Part shown: positions 27,527-38,374 of the stretch, in pieces | How positions within the stretch are numbered: position 1 is the stretch's first letter | Layout: each line of letters starts with the position of its first letter | Source of the DNA: the human T2T-CHM13v2.0 reference genome, Homo sapiens | Reading direction: 5' to 3' (one strand) | Assembly (NCBI RefSeq): GCF_009914755.1 | Contig: NC_060939.1 | DNA: 64,000 nt | Notes under the pieces: generated by a model | The model's input: only the letters and a program-made list of their open reading frames with translations | Database searches by the model: none | What the model was told of the DNA's origin: nothing | Program-made: the position numbers and the translations under genes

Positions 27527-28463
27527 TAGGAAAACATATGTGATTAAAAAAACAAAGGCAGACCTTTAAAATGGGTTTATTACCCTTTATGGGCATCACA
27601 TTCTTATAAAGATTTTCAAAAGAGGTGTGCCCTAGGAGTAACGAATTACTAACGGCACTTAGGCAGGTAGCCTGTTTTAAGCAGAGGAGGCCCCAACTCC
27701 ATTGTAAAACTGACAATAATCATGGTCAGTTCAACATAAGCTCCAAAGTTGAGGTCCTTACCTATTTTCAATGTCTCCCTTTCTTTCTTCCAAGGATGCA
27801 GACAGGGCCAGAGCTATTTTATCCATCAGTACAACAGCGTAGTGCTCATAGACTGTAAGATTTTCAATAGCCAATGAAAGTATCTGAGGCTCTAGAAAAA
27901 TATTTCACTTATAGCCAAAGAAACAACAACTCCAAAATTACAATTTTAACTTTATGTCTGCCAAATGTAATATAATGACAACTTCATTAGTTATTAATTT
28001 CAGTGTTCAAAAAACCATACATTTGAAAATACTTTGTGGCTTTGAGTTTTATATAAGATAAATGTCAAAAATATGTATGACGATTGTCAAAAAATCATAC
28101 GAACTTATAAATTCATTAACTTATTCATGACTTAATAAGCTTAAAATATTAATTTTCATTCATCCACTTATTTATTAACTTAATACAAATTATTTCACAA
28201 ACAAGCACTTAATTTATATTAGGTCAGCAGTATTCAATCTAGACTGCTGGTATCCTTAGAGAACAAAGAGACTTTGTCAGGAGGACATACATATAAATAG
28301 TTTGATGTAGATTAATTTTCAGATGTTCAACTTTCATGTGTACTCATTACTGATATTGATCAATCTAAAAACAAGCCTGTTCCTCTGGTTCCATTTTCTC
28401 ACTGCCTTGTCTCCAATCAATCATCTTTCTTTCCATTGCAGATTAAAGGCATGCACCTCGAGA

Positions 28464-28505
28464 GTGTGCACGTGTGTGCACACACACACCACACACACTC
28501 ACACC
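28464..28505. repeat. (GT)/(CA) alternating purine-pyrimidine tract
   Basis: GTGTGCACGTGTGTGCACACACACACC... Confidence 0.85.
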
Positions 28506-29012
28506 CGGTAGTCCAAATCTTCCTCTAGATACGAAGGAACTAAAGGGCCATTTTAACAGAATAAAAGTAGGAACGATTGGTATTTCATCAAAAATAATTT
28601 CTGATACTAGATCACTGAATGATTTGTGGGGGTATATAACTGGGAAAGAGTTAAAAGAAGTCAATTATATCACTATAAGAACAACTGGCCCATTTCTGCC
28701 TAATTATTTAGGCAAACTAGTTTTCTCAGTTATTTATACCAGTAACAACCAAAAGCAAGAATGAAATTGAGACAGAAATGTGTCTTCTTCTAGCAAAAAT
28801 TGATAAATTGAAAAGAAGCTCTACCCATATAAGTAACAGATTGATTTATAACAAAATTGTATTTAGTAATTATTTTCCATAGTGTATAATATACTATTTT
28901 TGATAAATTTTGTGTCAATAATGATCATGATAATCCAGCAGATGTTTTCCAAAGCTTAGAAACCTCACGATAGGATTTTTTAAATACAAAATTTAATGTT
29001 TATCTCTCTGTG

Positions 29013-29101
29013 AATATATATATGTATATATGTATGCATGTACACGCATACATATACAAATGTATATATATGTATGCATGTACACACATGCAAATGTATA
29101 T
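29013..29101. repeat. Alternating purine-pyrimidine tract with duplicated TATATATGTATGCATGTACAC unit
   Basis: Direct inspection. Confidence 0.85.
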
Positions 29102-30338
29102 TTTGTCTTTTATTGTAAAAATATGCCGTGATTAAAATATTTTTATGACAAAACATATTAGCATAAAATAATGTGAAGGAAGAGAAACATCAGTTCATGG
29201 AAAAAGAGTGCCAGTTTTAAAATTTCTGATGCTAAACCAGAGCTTCCTCAAATATTTCTTAAATGTAGGTGGTGACTATCAAAGCACTATGGTATTTACA
29301 GACCTTTGGAAACATTTAGGAGAATGATGTGACAATTTTTTTTAAATGTCAAGATTCACAGCATGGTAGAAATTACAATTGCTTGCAATAATGTAAAATT
29401 ATGATGCTAAATTACAGATTAAATATCTATAAATATAATCTTTAGTAGAATATAATCCTAATAATATAAGCAAGCAAGGTACAATGTTTTTCAAAGTTTC
29501 TTAGAGAGAATTCAAGAAATGTTTATAGTTCGCCACACTGGGCGCTGTGCTTATGTTAAGTTTCCATGTTTTTCCAGCCTATCAGACTTCCTGTAAATCA
29601 TTTCTATGGATCACTCATATGCTCAGACGTTGCCTTGGTAAAGGAAGGAAAGACACAAAGTAGAGTTGAGGCTTTTTTATCAGATATGGAAATACAAGCG
29701 GTGAGACAGACAGTTAAAATTTATAACAACAACAACAACAAAAGATCATTTTGTAGAATTTGTGAGTATAGTATATTTTTCCTTCTGGTATTTTTGTGGG
29801 TCCTGTTCTATTTTTGTTATTAAATTTGAAATTGTTACTCTATTAGTTGAAAATATACTATTAATGAATGTAGTCAGTACTCTTCTACCTCAGGACAATG
29901 TTTCATTTATTGAATTAAATTACATTAATTGAATTAAATAACATGGATGAGTCTGTAATATTTACCTATATCCCCAAGGTGCTGGGAGTGGGAGATGGCA
30001 ATGGCTTAAGTGGGGAAGGATTATGAAGAATAATAAAACATATTCTTTTGCCTGGATAATTTATATTCCAGTTTTTTTCTTTAGTTTTCTACCTATAGAA
30101 TTAAAATGATATATCCCTGCTTAAAACCTCTCACTTTCCCTTTGTTCATCAGGAGAATGGAAAAAAAAACTGAAGTCATGATGAACGTACAATGTTTTTC
30201 TGTTTCTCTGCCTTTGTGTAGATTGTGTCATTACCCTGAGTGCTGTTTCTGCCCTTATTTACCCAATTATTATTACACACTGAAGCCATCTCTGACATGG
30301 TAAGGAAAAACTAGTCAATATTTGTACACCTATCTTTA

Positions 30339-30725
30339 TGTAGACTGGATTCCCTGGAAACAGACTCAGACAATGAGTTGCTTGCTCTGGGAAGCCACAT
30401 CCGTTAAAGTAAGGCAGGAGAAGCTGATTCTCAATGCAGTTGCAAGCAAGGCCTCATCCTATCCTAACAAATTCTGAAGCCGGAATGCCCTTTCAGACTT
30501 CTCCCAAGTTAAGGCAAGAGGACTAGCTATTGTAACCGTGTATTACACAGTCATCAGACCAGGCCACAACCTTAGAGTTTACATAACCTTGTACAATGCA
30601 ATTCAATGCGACTGAAGCCAAAACCCAGTGAGACATTGCTGAAAGCACCTTTCGGTAGCCAAGATCTACAGCAGTTAGTGTACAGCGTACTGGCTGGGAC
30701 AAAGGGATCTTGACGAGGCACCATA
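30339..30725 (-). mobile_element. LTR16-like ERVL solo LTR
   Basis: GGATTCCCTGGAAACAGACTCAGAC...ATGCAGTTGCAAGCAAGGCCTCA...TCTGAAGCCGGAATGCCCTTTCAGA. Confidence 0.65.
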
Positions 30726-30754
30726 GTATATATTGCAGGCCTCAGAGGTAAACT

Positions 30755-30960
30755 GAATTCACTCATGTACATCATATTTAATACCTGCTGTATGCAAGGA
30801 ACTCTTTCAAGGTCTGTGGAGACACTGTTAATGAAAACAGCCAATATCCCTGCCTTTATAGAGCACATGTTCTTGTAGGGGAGGTACAACTCCAATGATA
30901 AACATAATAAAGAGGGAAAGTATACAGAAGGTGACACACGCTGTGGCAAGAAGAAAAGAT
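30755..30960 (-). mobile_element. L2 3' fragment
   Basis: ATATTTAATACCTGCTGTATGC...ATCCCTGCCTTTATAGAGCACATGTTCTTGTAGGGG. Confidence 0.65.
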
Positions 30961-32627
30961 GGACCAGGGCTGGGGGTTTAAGACAGGTTGGCCATATTTC
31001 ATAATTTTCTTTTCAAGTCTCCTTTCAGCATTTTAGTTTCTTGAAGGCAATCTTTCTAACTCCCATGCCTAGAATGAAGTCAGGGTTCAATTTGCAATGC
31101 AGTACAGTACATTTTTCTCATCTTTTTGTTCCCTTCTCCTTTATGATCTTAACTGCCACCCACACACCGTGAGCAGAGTTGGTTTGTATTAACAAAGAGT
31201 GGTATGATTTGAAAGACTGCATAAAATACTCCTCCCCACACAAATAGACCAAAAGCATCCAGGGGGCCAAGTGCTTAAAATTTCATTTTGGAGCTTACCC
31301 GATTGTAAATTAGAAAGCATTGTCATCTCCCTACTCTAAAAGGAAAGGATCCCTTGGTGGGCTACTTTGCCGAGTCACTGGGTGGATATGTTTTTGACAG
31401 TTGAAAGTATGTGCAATTCAAACTTCTTAAGGGCTCACTTGGTGCAGAGGTCCTCACTACTATTAAACAAGAAACAGAAAACACAGTGTTTTGGGAAGTA
31501 GGTAGAACTTGAAAATGTTTGTGTTCCTGGGAGGTGAAGGTGTGACTCAGCTCGCTGGGAGTTCAACTGGTCACCAGACTCTCACACGCTTCCCCTGGGG
31601 TATCTAATTAAGAATTTCTCCCAACATGACTTCAGAAAAGAAACTGGTCAACCCTGAAATTTTAGACGAGGCAAAAGCTATGTTCTGGGAATAATAGAAT
31701 GATTGCGATAAAGGATATTAAAATGATGCCTAGTGTTTCCTTCTCGCTCTTCTATGGAACAATAGATAAGCCTACAGAAAGGAGTGGGAAACTTTGCTCT
31801 TTCAGGAGTCACTGGCTACCAGGAAGAAAGAAGAAAAATGGCATACACATCTGTAAAAGTTGACACCATAGTATTTTGTTTACAGACAAAATAAAAACTA
31901 CGTGTCTTAAAATGATTGCAGGAAATTATAATTGAATCCTATAATTATTGCATACAATAAAACTAAAACATATTTTAGCTTTACGAGATAAAATATAAAA
32001 CTGAAATATAATTTAGTTTTAAGTTATCACCATTAAAGGAAGTAAGAGAAGAAGAAAAGGGAAATGGAAAGAAAATAGAGATTCAGGAGAAGAGAATAAA
32101 AACAATCTTTAATAAAAGAGAGAAAGAAGACAGAGAAAGAAAGAGAGAGAAAGAGGTGGGTAAGATGAGAAGAGAATGCCAGTAATATGAAGGGCAAAGT
32201 GATGGACACGGAGAAAAATACCTTAGGGACTGGAAACAGGATGATTGGTAGAAAGGTGAAGAGAAGAAAAAGAACAGCTTGAACAAATAATACATGTTAC
32301 AGGTGTATTAACGCCTCTTGCCCCATATCTGGTGCACAGTTGGTTTATGAGTATCAAGTAAGTCATCACTACTATAACTATGCTTCTGGCATGTCCTAAT
32401 ATCTGGAGTAGTTAATGGAACACTGGGAAATATGCCTGCTATCATTTTCAAATTGAAACAGTATATGGAATAAAGTTTTGTTTTCCTATGGAATTCGGTA
32501 TATTTTACATGTGTGTAAAGAAAATGTACTTTACAATTCCAACAGTTTATTACCAATTGGCCAAAAGTTTTTAATGTCCATGAGATTAAAATTGTCTCAT
32601 TCCAAAATACATGCAAGCAGCATTTTA

Positions 32628-32935
32628 TTTTATTTTTATTTATTTATTTATTTGAGACGGAGTCTCGCTCTGTCACCTAGTCTGGAGTGCAGTGGCGTGA
32701 TCTTGGTTCACTGCAACCTCTGCCTCCCAGGTTCAAGTGATTCTCCTGCCTCAGCCTCCTGAGTAGCTGGGACTACAGGCACGTGCCACTATGTCCGTAT
32801 AATTTTTTGTATTTTTAGTAGAGACAGGGTTTCACCGCATTAGCTAGGATGGTCTCAATCGCCTGGACTCCAGTGATCCACTCGCCTGTGCTTCCTAAAG
32901 TGCTAGGATTATAGGCATGAAAACTGCATCTGGCC
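32628..32935 (-). mobile_element. AluS (Sc-like)
   Basis: Full dimer with (TTTA)n tail; perfect 15-bp TSD GCAAGCAGCATTTTA at 32613-32627 and 32936-32950. Confidence 0.96.
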
Positions 32936-33054
32936 GCAAGCAGCATTTTAAAACCAGCATTTACTTTATTGATTTTTGCATTATATCACTTTTCAAATTA
33001 AATTTTCTTTTAATCTAATTGAGACCAAGGAGATGAAAAATAAGTCATAAAATG

Positions 33055-33635
33055 TTTATTTTTAATTTTTTAATTTTATATGTATAAATTTATGAGGTAC
33101 GAGTGTAATTTTGCTACATGGTTATTTTGCATAGTGATGAAGTCAGGGCTTTTAGTGTATCCATCACCAAAATAATGTACATCGTACCCATTAAGTAATT
33201 TCTCATTATTCACCTCCCTTTTCCCCTTCAGTCTCCACTGTCTATCATTCCACACTCTCTGTCCATGTGTACACATTATTTAGCTCCCAATTATAAATAA
33301 GAACATGCAGTATTTATCTTTCTGTGTCTGAGCTGTTTCACTTAAGGTAATGGCCTCCAGTTCCAACAATGTTGCTGCAAAAGACAAGATTTAATTCTTT
33401 TTTATGGCTAAACACTATTCCATTGTGTGCATAAACTACATTTTCTTTATCCAATTACCCATTAATGTACACTTAGGTTGAATCAATATCTTTGCTATTG
33501 TGAATAACATACTATTGTGATAAACATATGAGTGTAGATGTTTTTGATATAATGATTTCTTTTCCTTTGGGTAGATACCCAGTTGTGGGATTGCTGGATC
33601 TAATGGTCATTCTATTTTTAGTTCTTTGAGAAACA
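33055..33635 (-). mobile_element. L1PB-like 3' end
   Basis: Antisense L1 3' UTR and ORF2 end: GGGTAGATACCCAG, GGGATTGCTGGATC, ATGGCCTCCAGTTCCA. Confidence 0.88.
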
Positions 33636-34017
33636 GAATGCATGTTCTTTGTTGTCGTTTTTTCGTATCTTCCTTTTTTTCATAATTATTTACTACCAGT
33701 CTCTTTATCTTTGTGATTTCCTGCTTATTTAGCTAAATTTTTAAAAAATATGAAACACTCATAGTGCCAACTAGGAAAATCTGGGCTATTATCAGTGCCA
33801 TGCTAGGTTGTAATAGTGGCCATCAGAATGAGAGAGCTTGTAGCTTTATTGTCCTCTACCCTTTTCTGCTCTTCTTCATAGATAAGGACTTCCTGAAGTG
33901 GCAAGAAAAATTGAAGAATTAACTAAAATCATGGAAGATGTAAGAGAGGGAAAACATGCCTTTATAAAGAGATGTCACAATAATCAATAACAAGAATTAA
34001 AAAGGAAATATCATTAC

Positions 34018-34430
34018 TGTCAGGCCTCTGAGACCAAGCTAAGCCATCATATCCCCTGTGAGCTGCACATACACATCCAGATAGCCAGTTCCTGCCTTAA
34101 CTGATGACATTCCACCACAAAAGAAGTGAAAATGGCCTGTTCCTGCCTTAACTGATGACATTGTCTTGTGAAATTCCTTCTCCTGGCTCATCCTGGCTCC
34201 AAAGCTCCCCCACTGAGCACCTTGCGACCCCCACTCTGCCCGCCAGAGAACAACTCCCCTTTGACTGTAACTTTCCTTTATCTACCCAAACCCTATAAAA
34301 CGGCCCCACCCTTATCTCCCTTCACTCACTCTCTTTTCGGACTCAGCCCACCTGCACCCAGGTGAAATAAACAGCCATGTTGCTCACCCAAAGCCTGTTT
34401 GGTGGTCTCTTCACACGGACGCGAGTGAAA
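34018..34430 (+). mobile_element. LTR7 (HERV-H) solo LTR
   Basis: TGTCAGGCCTCTGAG..CAAGCTAAGCCATC start; duplicated GTTCCTGCCTTAACTGATGACATT; TATAAAA 34294; AATAAA 34366; TCTCTTCACACGGACGCGAGTGAAA end; TSD ATTAC/ATTAT. Confidence 0.96.
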
Positions 34431-34786
34431 ATTATAAATGTTATAGCATTAGAAAGAAAGTGACAGAAAACAACTTTATGCCAATATAATTTTCAAATAA
34501 TTGAAATCAAAATTCAACTTATCAAAACTGGCAATAAAAAGAAACAGAAAATATGAATAAATAATGTTGTAACTAGTAAAGAAATCAAATTTGTGATGAA
34601 AAATCTTCCTATAAGGAAAAATCTTGTTTCAGCTAGCTCCACTAAGGAATTATTTCAATCATTTAAGGTAGAAATAATGCCAAACTTACAATAACTCTGT
34701 TTTATGAGGTCAGAATGATCTTCATGTCAAAACTTCTTGAGGATAATGTAAGAAAGGAAATTTATAGGCTAAACTCATTATTGGAC

Positions 34787-35381
34787 TGAAGTAAATCAAA
34801 ATATTTACCCCCAAATATATTTCTTTGACATATTTTGAGATGGCTGCCAGAGGGACAGCAAAGAGAAGTGTCCCTGAAAAGCTGTCTTTCAGGGGCAGAG
34901 GAGATTTGCATCTGTAGAGAATCTGCCTTGATGCAGCCAGGTCTTTCCTTGTCTGAATCTAGGAAACATTAGCAGATTCTGACATCTTTAAAGGTTTAAA
35001 GAGAAATATTTGCCATCTATTCTCTCTGATGGCTACTCCCTGGGAGGTTTCATGTACACAACAAGACCACCTTTGCTAACCAAGTCTCCTCCTCTCTCCT
35101 TCCCATAACCTGTCTTGCCGCCAAAACCCCATTTACCACCCCCAACCTGTTTGCTGCCATGCTCTGTGCCTGCATTCTTTCTGTAACTTAAAGATGATAT
35201 ATAAAGTTTTGTACCTCATTGCAGGGGTTGCTTTTGGTCTTTATTCTAAAGGCTCCTGTGTCACATAAAACTGGGACCAAATAAATTTGTATTCCTTTTC
35301 TCCTATTAATCTGCCTTTTGAGAGTTAATTTTTCAGCAAACCTTCCAAGGGCGAAGGAGAGGCTTTCCCTTCACCTCTACA
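34787..35381 (+). mobile_element. MER39/MER34-group ERV1 solo LTR
   Basis: AAATATATTTCTTTGACATATTTTGAGATGGCTG near the start; AATAAATTTGTA..CCTTTTCTCCTATTAATCTGCC; TG...CA ends; TSD GGAC. Confidence 0.8.
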
Positions 35382-35872
35382 GGACATGGACATGAAAATC
35401 GCTTTTAAAAAATCAAACTGAATCCAGCAATTACCAAAACATTAATTCATAGTAACTAAGTTAATTAACTAAGTAATTAATTCATAGTAACATAGTTATG
35501 TCTCTTGGGACATTTGCTAATGTAAGTTGTATTACTGTAGAAATATAAGATTAGATTAACATCAAAATCAATTAGAAATATATATATACTATGACTATTT
35601 TAATGAATATGGAGACATATGCAATAATATTCAACATCCATTCACAGTGAAAACCTCCAGAAAACTAGGAATAGAAAGGGTGTGTTACAAAACTTATGGA
35701 AAAATAACTATTTTTATGGTATATCATTGTAAGCTTTTCTCCTGAAATGGGGAAGGAAACAAGAAAGGCATTGTCACTATCCCTATTATACATCGTACAA
35801 TAGATACAGACCAAAGTAGCAGAATTAGGAAAGAAGGGAAAAAATTATCATTATTCATATGTGGCATGATTG

Positions 35873-36462
35873 TAGTAGAGGCATGTGAACCAGAACAACT
35901 CCATCTTGAATAGGAGCCAAGTAATATGAGGCTGAAATCTACTGGGCTGCATTCCCAGACAGTTAAGGCATTCTAAGTTACAAGATGAGATAGGAGGTAG
36001 GCACAAGATACAGGTCATAAAGATGTTGCTGATAAAACAGGTTGCAGTAAAGAGGCCAGCTAAATCCTACCAAAACCAAATCCTACCAAAACCAGGACAG
36101 CCACAAGAGTGACCTCTTGTCATCCTCACTACCATACTCTTGTCAGTGCCATGACAGTTTACAGATCCAATGGCAACGTCAGGAAGTTACCCTATATGGT
36201 CTAAAAAGGGGAGGCATGAATAATCCACCCCTTGTTTAGCATATCACCAAGAAATAACCATAAAAATGGGCAACCAGCAGCCCTCGGGGCTGCTCTGTCT
36301 ATAGATTAGCCATTATTTTATTCCTTTATTTTCTTAACAAACTTGCTTTCACTTTGCACTGCCAACTAGCCCTGAATTCTTTCTTGTGTGAGACCCAAGA
36401 ACCCTCTCTTGCGGTCTGGATTGGGACCCCTTTCCTGTAACATATTTCTCTGTCCTGTAACA
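35873..36462 (+). mobile_element. MER41A LTR with duplicated terminus
   Basis: GAACCAGAACAACTCCATCTTGAATAGG; GGTCTAAAAAGGGGAGGCATGAATAATCC without the GAS block; CCCCTTTCCTGTAACA; TSD ATTG at 35869-35872 and 36463-36466. Confidence 0.9.
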
Positions 36463-36933
36463 ATTGTGTATGCAGAAAATCCAAAAGGGACTATAACTGA
36501 ATTATTAAAACTGATAAATTACTTTAATAAAGTTGCTAGATATAAGTATAAATCAGGAATCAATTGCATTTCTCTACATGAGAAACAAGTGGAAATGGAG
36601 CATTTCAAATATATTACATTTACGGCATCATCAAAAATATCAAATATTAGTATGACCCCTTTGGAAAACTTCTTGGCAACATATTCCAAAAGAGTAATGC
36701 ATGGAAACTCTGGACTCAACAATTTCATTCTTAGATATATAGACTACAAAACTCATATGTTCAAAGTAGCACTATTCACAATAGCCTCAAACTGGAAATC
36801 TCTCAAATGCCCATCCACAGTAAATGCTTAAAAAATGATGTTTTTACAAGATGTAATATATATAGCAATGAGACTTAAAATATACATAAAATTATGAGTA
36901 AATTTTATAAATGTAGTATTGGCTGAAAGAAAT

Positions 36934-37646
36934 TGTTTCAGTAAGTAGCTAGTCAGACATGAACAGGGCAGGAGAGGGCTCCCTACCAACACACACACAC
37001 AGATATACACACACACACCCACACACCCCAGGACCAGGAATGTCAGGCAGCCATCAGGTGATGGACAGGTGGTGGTGAACTCTCTCTTTAAAATAATAAT
37101 TGGCCACAGCCAGTGCCAGGGAAAAGCAGTCTCTCAATAAACAGAAACACCTAAAGCTGGTGATCAGCAGCTTCCTGATAAGATCTCAGGAACTGGGCAA
37201 ATGGGCTCAAGCATGCACACTAAGAGGCAAAATGGCAGAGTTTAACTAGTGTATCGTAATATAGGAACACTGGAATTGTAAGGTAAACACCTCAATGGAG
37301 CACGCATACAACTCCAATAAACACACTGAACATGTGACAGCCCACCCCAAGGAAAGAATCAGGAGAGAAGTAATGCAAGACCCCGGAAGCATGCCAACAT
37401 ATAAAACCCCAAGTCAAAAGGTCTAACTGCACACTTGAGCTCTCAAGTCACCTGCTTGGCCCTCTTCCATGTGTATGTTACTTCCTCTCATTCCTGCCCT
37501 AAAACCTTTTAATAAACTTTCACTCCTGCTGTAAAACTTGCTTCAGTCATCTCAGCCTGCTTTATGCTCCCTCGGTTGAATTCTTTCTTCTGAGGAGGCA
37601 AGAATTGAGGTTCCTGCAGACCCATACGGACTCACCTCCAGTAACA
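36934..37646 (+). mobile_element. MER50 ERV1 solo LTR
   Basis: GTAGCTAGTCAGACATGAACAGGGCAGGAGAGGG; CAGGAATGTCAGGC..CCATCAGGTGATGG; GAGGAGGCAAGAATTGAGGTT; TSD AAAT. Confidence 0.88.
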
Positions 37647-38145
37647 AAATCATCTACAAAACAATTCTTACTGGGTGATTCAAATTATTTAAAGGTCAAA
37701 AATAGATTAGAATGGGACAGAAGAGGGGCAGGGATTTTGGGTAATGTGCTATTTCTTGATCTGGTGCTGGTTATAAGAGAACTTTCACTTTTGAAATTTC
37801 ATTGAACTGTTCACTGATGCTTTATGTGCTCTTGTGATATTATACTCCTATATAATAGTTCTAATAAATAGAACTTAGTATAAAACTTCTCTCAGAAAAC
37901 TATAAAACATTGATTGGAAAAATAAAAGTTGTAAAGACACCAAAGACACTGGGTCTCCAAAACTAGTATCTATTTGATACAATCTCAATGTTGTAGAAAT
38001 TAGCAAATGGTTTTAAAATTTGTGTGGCAGTGTAATGGGTCACACACAATAAAGACAATCTTGGAGAACAGAACACGGTTAAAAGTCTTCCTTTACTGAA
38101 TGTCAAGACTTACAGAGCAATAATAACTAAATACGTAAGGAACTT

Positions 38146-38374
<229 letters not shown>

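Noticed and set aside
27384-27716. ORF with poly-lysine tract
   Set aside because: Translation of the (T)40 homopolymer
29530-29548. CTCF site (CGCCACACTGGGCGCTG)
   Set aside because: Spacing is one base short of the core consensus; not supportable without PWM or ChIP data
36388-36831. 147-aa ORF as a novel gene
   Set aside because: Chance read-through from the MER41A end into decayed L1 ORF2 pieces; GTG start
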